Below are positions 54,239 to 63,742 of a DNA stretch of 64,000 nt, piece after piece. How positions within the stretch are numbered: the stretch's first letter is position 1; each line of letters begins with the position of its first letter. The notes beneath the pieces are model-generated. The model saw only the letters and a program-made list of their open reading frames with translations, did no database searches and had not been told where the DNA came from. Source of the DNA: a virus (taxonomy: Duplodnaviria; Caudoviricetes); the IMG/VR virus record IMGVR_UViG_2974601178_000001, positions 1-64,000 of that record; one strand, given 5' to 3'. The translations under genes and the position numbers were made by a program.

Positions 54239-55819
54239 TTACCCTCTTTTACTTATAATATTATTTATTTTGGTGTTACATTCTTCTTCGGTAGGTTCTC
54301 TGCCCTTTGTTTTCCTAAAGTAACTCTTGAAATTCCTGAATTTAGCAGACTCCTTTTTATCAAGGTTAAACTTCTTAGCAAGAATATCTTTATTCAACCC
54401 ACCGTTGTTTTCTCTGTTGTCAGGGATGTACAGTGCAAGGGAGTTATCTATCACACAATTAGGGATGTAATTATCTTTTATGTAATGGGCAACATCAATG
54501 TCAGGCACAATAAATTCAATCTTCTCATTAGGTAAATCAAACCTACGTAAGGCACTTCGAGTACAAACTTGGTAACTGGCATCCTTATATTTCATATCTA
54601 TATACTTACCTTCGATATCAGGGAAATCATATAACACTTTCAGATAAGCTAATAAAGACTTATGCAAAGGAGAGGGTTTGTAACAAAACAAGCTTAACAC
54701 TTTCGTATAATGTGAATACCCATTCAGACCATGACACCCATAAGGGATGCACGTACCATAAGGAACACCTTCAAACATCACATCTTTGTACACTTTGGTC
54801 TTAGGAATATAGTTAACCGTGTAAAGGAAATCTTCTCCTAGCTTATCACAAGCCCTGTTCACATACTCTTGGTAGACATTAACAAACCCTTCATCAAGGT
54901 CATCCATACCATTAGGTAAGTGTCTATACTCTCTGTAAGAAAGCTTCTTTCCTGTCTTAAGATTAAATGCAGCATTGAGTAGACTACTTGTACACCCTGA
55001 ATCCACATTCTCGTCTGTTAGGTAGTATATGGTAACCCTTTCTTGATTTAAGTATTCAGACCTGATAGGCTTAACATCATTGAACACTTCAAAAGAAATA
55101 CCTTGTCTTTCCAGTAGACCAGATGTTAAAGTGTTATTTATCTTAGCACCAAGGAAAACAACTCTGTTAGAAGTTTCTATAAAATATCTGTAATCTAGAA
55201 CACTATAAGTTTGGTACACAACATAATCAGACATTTCCTGTCTTAATACAGTGTTAGTTTCTTTTAGTGCTTTAGCAAAATAAGTTATCTTCTTAGAACC
55301 GTTCCTTTCACCATCTTTCTTTAGGTTTTCTAAAGCGGTCTTACTCTTATCTAAAGTGAACACATTGTCATAGTCATCAGACTTAACTAACCTACTTTTA
55401 ATAAAATCACTTTCATTACTAAGAGAGATATCATGCATATTAAATACAGAAGGCAGTTCATCCACCACAACATTAAAACCTTCAAAGATGTGTGTCTCGC
55501 ATTTAGTAATAATATTCTCTAGATTGGCATGAGTGATGAGGTAAATATCGGAAGTGTTCTCTTTTAAGAGTTCTATAGTATTAACCATAACACCCTTGAA
55601 GTAGTCATCAGTTATAATACAAAAGTCCACACTGTCATCTATACTTTCTATAACTTGAGCTGTCTCATTAATCAACTCTTTACTTGGTGCAACATAAACC
55701 CACTTATTACCTTGTGGTATTTGTTCTTCTACAATCCATTTTATTGTTGAGTATGTCTTGCCCATTCCAGCGGATAATTCTAGGTACTCTATAACTCTAC
55801 TGTTGTCTCTTCTTGTCAT
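54239..55819 (-). CDS. SF2 helicase-like protein, putative origin-binding protein
   Basis: SAGMGKT, YVAPS, ITH, VVDELP, HGLNGY, QVCTRSALR. Confidence 0.75.
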   Translation of the reverse strand: MTRRDNSRVIEYLELSAGMGKTYSTIKWIVEEQIPQGNKWVYVAPSKELINETAQVIESIDDSVDFCIITDDYFKGVMVNTIELLKENTSDIYLITHANLENIITKCETHIFEGFNVVVDELPSVFNMHDISLSNESDFIKSRLVKSDDYDNVFTLDKSKTALENLKKDGERNGSKKITYFAKALKETNTVLRQEMSDYVVYQTYSVLDYRYFIETSNRVVFLGAKINNTLTSGLLERQGISFEVFNDVKPIRSEYLNQERVTIYYLTDENVDSGCTSSLLNAAFNLKTGKKLSYREYRHLPNGMDDLDEGFVNVYQEYVNRACDKLGEDFLYTVNYIPKTKVYKDVMFEGVPYGTCIPYGCHGLNGYSHYTKVLSLFCYKPSPLHKSLLAYLKVLYDFPDIEGKYIDMKYKDASYQVCTRSALRRFDLPNEKIEFIVPDIDVAHYIKDNYIPNCVIDNSLALYIPDNRENNGGLNKDILAKKFNLDKKESAKFRNFKSYFRKTKGREPTEEECNTKINNIISKRG

Positions 55820-55976
55820 TCAATAGCTCCAATAGCTCTTTATCATTGTGTTTCAAAAACTGTTCTAATATTAGTTCTACAGTTTCCCCTAAATTGTAAT
55901 AGTGTTCCCTCTCCTTTATCAAAGATAAAATATCTGCATGAGAAGGGTTGATGTAAATACGTTGTCTTTTACTCAA
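55797..55976 (-). CDS. 59-aa RHH-like protein (not in ORF track)
   Basis: TTG start after AAGGAG: MSKRQRIYINPSHADILSLIKEREHYYNLGETVELILEQFLK... Confidence 0.6.
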   Translation of the reverse strand: MSKRQRIYINPSHADILSLIKEREHYYNLGETVELILEQFLKHNDKELLELLNDKKRQQ

Positions 55977-56012
55977 TGGTGCTCTCCTTTAATTTATCCA
56001 CCTTATACATAT

Positions 56013-56041
56013 ATTATACATGTAAACTAATGTTATGTCAA
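56013..56041 (-). promoter_or_regulatory. sigma70 promoter TTGACA-17-TATAAT for the RHH-helicase operon
   Basis: Perfect consensus. Confidence 0.85.
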
Positions 56042-56049
56042 GTGATGTT

Positions 56050-56900
56050 ATAACGTATCAAAATATGTCGCAGCTTATACTTGTTAAAAGAGTCACTTTC
56101 TAAAAAGCCAATCCATTTTCATACACCAATCCTTGTAGAACTTTTCTCCCCTTTTGATAATATTTTACCTTTGTATTAAATTAACCATTTCTATAATTTC
56201 CATTCTACCAAAATATCCCTTATACAATCGGTGTATAAATTTCCAAAATACACTAACCTCCTTCAAAATAATACCATTCCAAAAGGAGCACTTCAATCAA
56301 AATATCCCACTTTAAAATATCATTATGGAATAAGGGTGTAACCTTTTGTTATAAGGTGTGTTGGGGATAGGGTGTTTTTGTTGAATGGGTAATTTTATAA
56401 AAAATTTTAAATCTACTTCTCGAAATGGGGGTGTACCTTTGGTATATATCTGTGGGAAAATATTTAACTACTTGATATAAAAGGGGTTATAGGTTGGAAA
56501 AGGTTATTTTGGGAAATATTAGAACTACTTCCGTTACTTGTTTAACGCTTCACCTCATACTAAAGTACCACTTCTGAGAATATCAAAATAATTTCCCAAT
56601 AGTCCACTTCCCACAATAATAACATCTTATTAACAAGTGATACCCTTATAACAAAACCTTTCAATAAATGGATTCCTTATTCCAAAAGGTAATTCAACAT
56701 AATATATCTTATAGGAAGTCATTACAATTGTTACAATATAACACTTCCCAAAGTATTATCCCCTTTTGTTTTATAATACCAATTACTACAATAAAACAAA
56801 GATTAACCCACTTTATGCAATTATTACATTGTGTTAAAAGTATTAACATTTAATCAATATTTATTCAATTAGTGTGGGAAGTGGGATAATTTTTGTAAAG
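56050..56900. other. non-coding origin-like region with (C/T)ACTT repeats
   Basis: CTACTT at 56413, 56468 and 56525, two preceded by GGGAAA(A)TATT; adjacent to the helicase operon. Confidence 0.4.
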
Positions 56901-57874
56901 TGGGGTAACTTGTGTTACTTTGTAACAAAGGGATGAGGTAGTGGGGTAGTTTGTGGCATTGCGTTTTTAAGGGGTTAAAAACCTCAACCCCAAAATCAAC
57001 CCCCCTTTCCCTCACATCCACCTATAACCTAATCAACTAACATTTGTTTACACGTAAACAAGAATAATCACCATTTGACACAACGTGTCGAAGTATCCCC
57101 TATATTGTTACTATGTAACAAAATCAAGCCCTATAAGCTTTTCAAGCTAATTGATAATCCTTATCATTACATAAAAACACCTTGATCAATGTAATAAAGG
57201 ATCACCCTTTTGATATAACATAACATATCAATTTTTATTATGTATCTATCTTAATATATAACTAATGCTTATAAGCTATCATTAATTATTGTTACATTAT
57301 TACATATTCTTATAATCAATATAGTGTATGTTTACTATAACTAGTTGTTATAATTATAAATCCTTGTAAATTGTTATATTATCACACTAAATTTTGTTGT
57401 TTAAGAGTGGCACAATCTTTGCTAATAGATACCCTTTTGTTGTATAGCAGATTAATACAACAAAGTAAACCCTTTAGCATAAATAAAAGCCTAATTAAAA
57501 TCTACTCACAATATGAATATTTATTCAAAAATGGTGCATATTAGCTAAAACCCTCTTTGTTGATAACAATTATCATTTATTCATGATATTGCATAAATAA
57601 GCACATATTTGCATAAAAGTGGTGTATGCATACAACGTGCCATCTTGGTTTGTGTGGTTATTTGCTCCTGTGAGCCATTCTGAGAAGGGTTTATTTTAGC
57701 TAAACAAGTGTACTGGGTAGCATTGCATATGCTCACAGGGGTGATTCTGTTGATACAAGCTGGAGGCCTTTATTTATAAGGGATTCCGAGGGTGCAAGGT
57801 ATTTTTAGGTGAAATGGTGTTATGCATAAAAGTGCATAGGATTTTGGCACGTGGTGGGGTAAATTTTAGGCAAT

Positions 57875-57901
57875 AAAAAGCCACCTTTTACAGTGGCTTT
57901 A
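57875..57901 (-). terminator. terminator of the early minus-strand transcript
   Basis: AAAGCCAC...GTGGCTTT with flanking A/T runs. Confidence 0.8.
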
Positions 57902-57936
57902 TTTTAAATCTGTTAACATTTTCGCTCAGGTAGTTT

Positions 57937-58302
57937 TTAAGCTAATTTTTCAATATCCCAGTTATCTTCCTCATAACTCGCATCTCTAGAAACAACTAAC
58001 GATTGACCACCCATTTTAACAACCCCGTACAAGTTGCCATCTTTTTCAACAATGTTTTTAACTGTTCGTTTTATCATATGTGTGTAATTATCCACCTGTG
58101 GGAAAGAGTTAGTACTGATATTAAATTTAACCATTTCAGACCATGTTAAGCTAACCTCTTGATTTTTCATGTTAGTTGTTTTTACTTCAGTGTTATTAAT
58201 TTTACCGTGTTTATCTTCAAAAGCTTTTTTATTTGCTTCAAATTCTGCATTCATTTTAGCAATGTTTAATAGTGAATTGTGAGCTTGTGATAATAAATCC
58301 AT
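57937..58302 (-). CDS. early hypothetical protein (121 aa; start MDLLSQ)
   Basis: SD GGAG before ATG at 58302; upstream promoter. Confidence 0.75.
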   Translation of the reverse strand: MDLLSQAHNSLLNIAKMNAEFEANKKAFEDKHGKINNTEVKTTNMKNQEVSLTWSEMVKFNISTNSFPQVDNYTHMIKRTVKNIVEKDGNLYGVVKMGGQSLVVSRDASYEEDNWDIEKLA

Positions 58303-59043
58303 GATATTCTCCAATTGATAATGATTCTCATTTAGAAGGTGCTTTTTGCCTTTTCCTTCCCACCCCTTAATAATAGCAAACCTGTAGAATAACACAACCC
58401 CTTTTAAGCAAATAAATCACACTTTTATCAAATTAATTCCAATTGATAACTATTATCATTACCTCCCACCAATACACAATTTTTATAAGGTGTCAACTTT
58501 TTGAAAAAGGATTAGATTTGCTAAAACGTCCTGTATGCAATTCTAAGAGGTGTTAACCTACAACCCTACCACTAGTATTAAAACATTTACTTTTTAGCAT
58601 ACAGCGATTTTATAAAAAGATGGCATTCTAATTGCATACAAAAATTTATGATATTCTGGCATACTATTTGCTACGTGTGCAACACTTTTGTAAATGGTAA
58701 CTGTTATCAAATGATAATAGTTCTCATCAACACATAAAAACATTATAACCAAAATCAAATCCTTTATAACAAAACGTTATATGTGAAAAATGGCTTTTGT
58801 GGTAGTGTTTACCCCCAGTTGAAAAGGTTACTTAGTTAAACAAGAATTACTCGCATTTGATAATAATTCTTATTTATAAAGATTTTTAACTATTTGATCA
58901 ATGTGCCTAGTTCCCTCTATAAGCCCCGCTAAGCTCCTCAAATTAATATTAATACAATCGTATAACATTGTTATCAAAAACGCTTCCAGTTCCTTTACAA
59001 TGAATATAACAGCCAGTTCAAACAAGTTTTAATAGTGTTAAAA

Positions 59044-60298
59044 TTATCTTTTAAAAGTGGTACAACTACGAGTATTTAATTCGCCTTTAAGTTTTACCCA
59101 CTTCGACCCACTTTCACACATAACTTTAGCCATTGCCATTCTATCAGATTCTATCTTTTTGCTAGCTTCAGATAATCCACTACCTATAAAAACCAATACG
59201 ATAATAGAAAGAGTAGTAATTGATAAAGTTGTGATTAAAGTTAAAGTTTTCATAATAATAACGCCTTTAAATTAAAAGCCCTTGCACCATTGCCCGAGCC
59301 GATAAATAGATAGTAAACTAGCTAAATTTTAATAACAACCCTTTTGAGCAAATTAAATCAAACTTTTTAAAAAATCCAACTCAAGCGCACAACCCGCAGC
59401 CAATCCAACACAACAACCACCACCAAAGCACACGGCACCATTAACCACATTGCACTTTTAACAAAGTTTAGCCCTTTGTGTTTAAATGTTTTCTTTTTTA
59501 TGTAATCTTTAGTACGTTTTGAATAAAATTCATTGTTTGTCATTGTCTTGGCCTATTGTTAAAAATTATCTGTTATATATATTAATTTTGTTTTAAAAGT
59601 TGTTTTATATCTTTGTTGTCCAGTTTTAAGACATCTTCGAAAATTGTTTTATCATTGCCATAATAAGTATGATCTTTAAAAATTATAGAAGACTCTGAAT
59701 AATTTAAATCAGTTTCGACTTCTATAACTTCTAGTTTTAAATCATAATTTAGTTTATGATCTTTCAATATATTATCAAAGTAGTTATAAAGCGCTTTTTC
59801 TACTTGTTTAAAGGTAAACTTATAATCGTTTTCTAATGGTAGTTTATTTTGAGTTGGTAACATAGCAACACCTATTTATTAAAAATTATCTCTTAAGGAA
59901 TAACCCGTATATTACAGGCTATTAGTTTAAAAGTAAACTTTTATTTATGAGCTAAATACGATTACCCAAACGATCAACAACCCTTTTTTGCAAATTAATT
60001 TAATTATTTTTTAAACACTCTCTTCTATTGACACAAGCGCCCCATTTTTAAACACCACTTTATAAAAAATATTATTTATATATAAACTATGCTCCCCTTC
60101 TGCGTTCAATTTTAACAAACTTTTAAAAGCGCTCAAGACACATTTAGCTTGTGTTTTACCCATTGCACTGAGTGAACGTTCTAAACCTTGCAAACGTAGC
60201 TTAGTAAACGTATCGGCCTCATCTCGTTTTAATTGTGCTTTAGCTTGTGCAATTTGTTGATCTTGTTGACTAGGAAAAAATGCTTTGAATAAACTCAT
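59044..60298 (-). CDS. early small proteins (59044..59253 membrane-anchored, 59582..59863, 60011..60298)
   Basis: Preceded by promoter-like elements. Confidence 0.65.
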
Positions 60299-60507
60299 AT
60301 TTTGCGGCCTGTTATAACGATTTTAAAAATTGTTTAGCTTTGCGGGCATTCTTGCGTTCACGTTTTAAGGTGTCGTGATCCTGTTTAAGTTGATCATTTT
60401 TTGTTTGTGGCTTGCCTTTTTTGGTTCGTGTCGTTTTGATAAAGTTTGTCATTTTTGGATGCCTTTTTTAAAGTTGGGAGGTGGCGGGAGTGTCCCGCCG
60501 TTGTTGG

Positions 60508-60948
60508 TTATTGATTGTCGTCTTCGTCATAATCAAAGTCTGTTTGCTCAAGTATTTCGCTTATTTCTTCCTGAACATCGGCATACATTGCATAAAAAGC
60601 TAGTGCCTGATGTAAACCAGTTAGCCCATCTTTTTTAAGAATACTTGATAAACTATCACCACAAAATATGTTATCAATTGCATATTCTGAATTAGCAGAA
60701 TATTTAAGTATATCTAAGTGGTAATGGTAGTAAATTGCATACTGGCTACCGTCTATTGTTTCATGTAACAAACTATCATTTACCAATTCTTCGATCTCAT
60801 CCCTGTTAAAACTAATTTGATCGCAATCTAAAGCTTCATTAATTGCATAGATAACACTATCCGTTAATGATAACACCGCTTGATGGTAGTTAAAATCAGA
60901 GTTTAAGTTTTCAACGTTTTCGTAAGATACAGTAGTTAAGTTTTTCAT
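60508..60948 (-). CDS. acidic Ocr-like (DNA mimic) protein
   Basis: Highly acidic; LHETIDG...YY resembles Ocr IH..AD..V..YY; acidic tail. Confidence 0.55.
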   Translation of the reverse strand: MKNLTTVSYENVENLNSDFNYHQAVLSLTDSVIYAINEALDCDQISFNRDEIEELVNDSLLHETIDGSQYAIYYHYHLDILKYSANSEYAIDNIFCGDSLSSILKKDGLTGLHQALAFYAMYADVQEEISEILEQTDFDYDEDDNQ

Positions 60949-61056
60949 AATAATACTCTCTTTTAAAATGTAAATTTTGCCTTAATTGGCGTTTTGTTTC
61001 AATAATGTAATTCTAGGTTAATTGGTATTTGTTGTCAATAAAAATTTTTAATTTAT

Positions 61057-62564
61057 TTAAATTAATTTTGCAGCAATAGCGCTAACTTCAGTAGCAACCC
61101 CATTCACAACGTCAAAGCGCTTTTTATTAAGTGGCTTAACACTTGGCATAGTAGCCGCCCATTTTTCGCCTGTAGCCTTGCTGCGCTCGTTAGATTCAAT
61201 TTTAACAAGCTGATCCGCCTTAACTGATTTGATGAAATTGCGTAAAGCTGTACGTGTTGGGAAGGTGAAAGTTTTCATGATTTGATCCTAGTTTGTTTTT
61301 ACTGGTCAACGGTATTGCTAACCAGTAATTTAATATTAATTGATAACGTTTAATATTGCAAGTAGTTTTTAAAAGTTTTCTGCAATTTGTTTTAAATAAA
61401 AATAACACTGATCAGCGTGATCTGATTCACTGCCACCGATTAAACTGATCGCGGTGTTAATAGCTACCTTTTGATCCTGTGTTAATTCTACCGTTGTAAG
61501 TTTTGGCACAATTGGTAATAAATCGGACTCTTTAAAATCAAAACCAGATTCTTTTAATATATAATTATAAGCATTGTTTAAAATCGCTTGCTTACTATCA
61601 AAAGGTAAACCGACTTGATCACCGTTAACCATCGCACCATGTTTGACATAGAATCGCCATAGTTTACCCCAGCGTACCGCACTGATATAAGTATCTTCAT
61701 TATTTTTAGCTAGTGTGATTGATTGATCAAAATCTGATAATTTCATAGTTTAAAACCTTTTTAATAATGTGATTGTTTGATTGAGTGTTAATTGTAACGG
61801 TTGGCGTTGGTGGTGTCAACCGCTTTTTATGGTTTATTTTACTAAGTGGTAAATTAGGTCTTCTATATCTATTATGGTAAAATCTTCACTAGGGAAAAGT
61901 CTACAAGCTATATTAAAAACATCTCTTGTGTTTTTGTTCCCTTTTATCAACTCATTTTTAACCAAATTAATAATACCAGTGTTTAATCCATAAGTTTTGC
62001 AAATATTGCCTTTCATAATCTTAAACCTTAATTTTAAGCCTTGGCGGTATTGCCTAGCCGATAAATACATAATAGCACAATGTTTTTAATTTGTGCAAGT
62101 GTTTTATTAAATTAACTGAGAATTAATGATCTTTGATCTTTCCTTTTCATAGATGACAACGCTTGAAAAATCATTTTTCATAGTGCCTGTGTGGTTTAAT
62201 CTATCCAGTTTACTAAGTGCTAACCATCCACTAACATAAGAATTTAAACGGTCTTTTAAAAGTTGACAATCTTTGTTTAAACTAACTTGATCTTTTAATT
62301 TGTCGATCTCTTTTTGGTAATGATCTTTTAACATCTGCAAATTATCCATTTTTAAGTCCTTATTTATTTATATTCAAAATCAACTTGATCAAACTCGTTT
62401 ACCAATTGCACTTTATAAAATCCACCATTTAAGCCAACCTTATGAGCTTGATCCGCTGGTACGTTGTAACGTGTAAATGGTGCGCTTGTTTCATATTCAA
62501 AAGTAATAACTGTAAACATATTTAAAAACCTTGTGTTAATTGTTCGTTGTTTCAATACGTACAC
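61057..62564 (-). CDS. early small hypothetical proteins (61057..61278, 61369..61746, 61834..62070, 62107..62349, 62364..62564)
   Basis: Short ORFs, several with their own TTGACA promoters. Confidence 0.65.
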
Positions 62565-62605
62565 ATTATAAGGATATTTTATCCGCTGTCAACAAGTAAA
62601 AACAA

Positions 62606-63112
62606 TTATTTTAAATATTTTTTAAACCTTGTGCTATAAATTTGCCAGCTGTGATCATCATCTATAACATTTTTAAAAACACTATTCCTTATATTAGGGT
62701 ATTTGATCACCGTTGTTAATGTGTAATCTTTTTTACGTAGATTAAACCGCTCTTGCAAACGTTCAATTAATAAAGCGTGATCCGTTGGTGTTGGTGTCCA
62801 GTCATTGCAACAAAGATCTTTTATACTTTTATCTAATTTGTATAATTCAACTTTAACATTTTTATCGTGCTTGATCCCTCTTGCTTTTAATTCACGTTTT
62901 AAAAGTCGGTGTCGCTTGGCTAAGTATAACAATTTATTTCTAAAAAATTTAACATGCCCCGCATTTAATGTGTAATTTGCTGGTATATCCTTTTGTTTGA
63001 AGCGGTGCGGATGTGTTACTAATTCATTAACTATTCTAGGCAACTCGCGCCATTCTGCAATTAGCCATTGGTCGGTTAGATCGCTTGGATCAATCGTATT
63101 GATTCTAGTCAT
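62606..63112 (-). CDS. denV: pyrimidine-dimer DNA glycosylase (T4 endonuclease V family)
   Basis: MTRIN...LTDQWLIAEWRELPRI, Y.L..GHVKFF.NKL.YL..R...L..E...RG. Confidence 0.93.
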   Translation of the reverse strand: MTRINTIDPSDLTDQWLIAEWRELPRIVNELVTHPHRFKQKDIPANYTLNAGHVKFFRNKLLYLAKRHRLLKRELKARGIKHDKNVKVELYKLDKSIKDLCCNDWTPTPTDHALLIERLQERFNLRKKDYTLTTVIKYPNIRNSVFKNVIDDDHSWQIYSTRFKKYLK

Positions 63113-63222
63113 AATAAGCCTTTGTTTAAGTTGTTCCAACACGTACAAAGTTATATTATTTTTAAGGTAGTGTAAACAGTTTTATTAAAAGAATTATTTT
63201 TGCAAATAGTTGGTGATCTTTG

Positions 63223-63252
63223 TTGACAGGTTAAAACTTTTTCTTATATAAT
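63223..63252 (+). promoter_or_regulatory. sigma70 promoter
   Basis: TTGACA-18-TATAAT upstream of 63297. Confidence 0.7.
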
Positions 63253-63296
63253 AGCAGGACACAAACAGAGAATATTATTTATAAAGGGTATATATT

Positions 63297-63515
63297 ATGA
63301 AAACTAAATTACCAATTAAACGCGGTGGATCTTTTATTGTTGGATCTGATTGCGAGCCGATGTTGTTTACTGAAGCACAAGCTAAAACTTTTATTAAAAA
63401 ATGTATAGCTTATAGGAACAGACAATTTAAAAGGAATAACCCTAATAATACATATAGAGAAAAACTTTTATCAGTAGATAACAGAGGATCATACTTTTCA
63501 TATTCTAGTATTTAA
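63297..63515 (+). CDS. basic hypothetical protein
   Basis: Divergent ORF with its own promoter and downstream hairpin. Confidence 0.65.
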   Translation: MKTKLPIKRGGSFIVGSDCEPMLFTEAQAKTFIKKCIAYRNRQFKRNNPNNTYREKLLSVDNRGSYFSYSSI

Positions 63516-63742
63516 AAGTTTAAATTAATCCACAAAAGCCCTTGCAATTAAAAGTGTAAGGGCTTATACTTCCTAACATAGTAAATTGGATTGATTGAAG
63601 ATATACAGGCCCCCTGCTTGTCATTCCTGCGAGCGCCTGTATGCGATTTTAAGAGGGCGTTTTAATAAAGGTAGTTTTGCACAAGTGGATTGAGATCACC
63701 TTATACGGTGTTATACATGCTGAAGGGTAGCGTTTAGAAGAG

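Larger units (their letters stand above)
57408..58672. promoter_or_regulatory. four sigma54 -24/-12 sites
   Basis: TGGCAC/T-N5-TTGCW at 57408(+), 58621(+), 58657(+); TGGCACGTTGTATGCA at 57627..57642(-). Confidence 0.7.
57152..58872. promoter_or_regulatory. cluster of Fur boxes (7-1-7 TGATAAT-N-ATTATCA)
   Basis: 57152, 57561, 58316, 58444, 58695, 58712, 58858; 1-3 mismatches each. Confidence 0.75.

Noticed and set aside
56668-56853. 61-aa ORF in the non-coding region
   Set aside because: No SD, low-complexity AT-rich sequence, no recognisable motif.
56954-57862. Additional sigma54 sites at about 56954 and 57845
   Set aside because: TGGCAY is present but there is no GC at -12.
58303-58395. 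N-terminal extension of ORF 57937..58395 (LNENHYQL)
   Set aside because: This is the translation of a Fur box and promoter; the real SD and ATG are at 58302.
56000-59040. CRISPR array
   Set aside because: No identical repeats with regular spacers; motifs are short degenerate palindromes.
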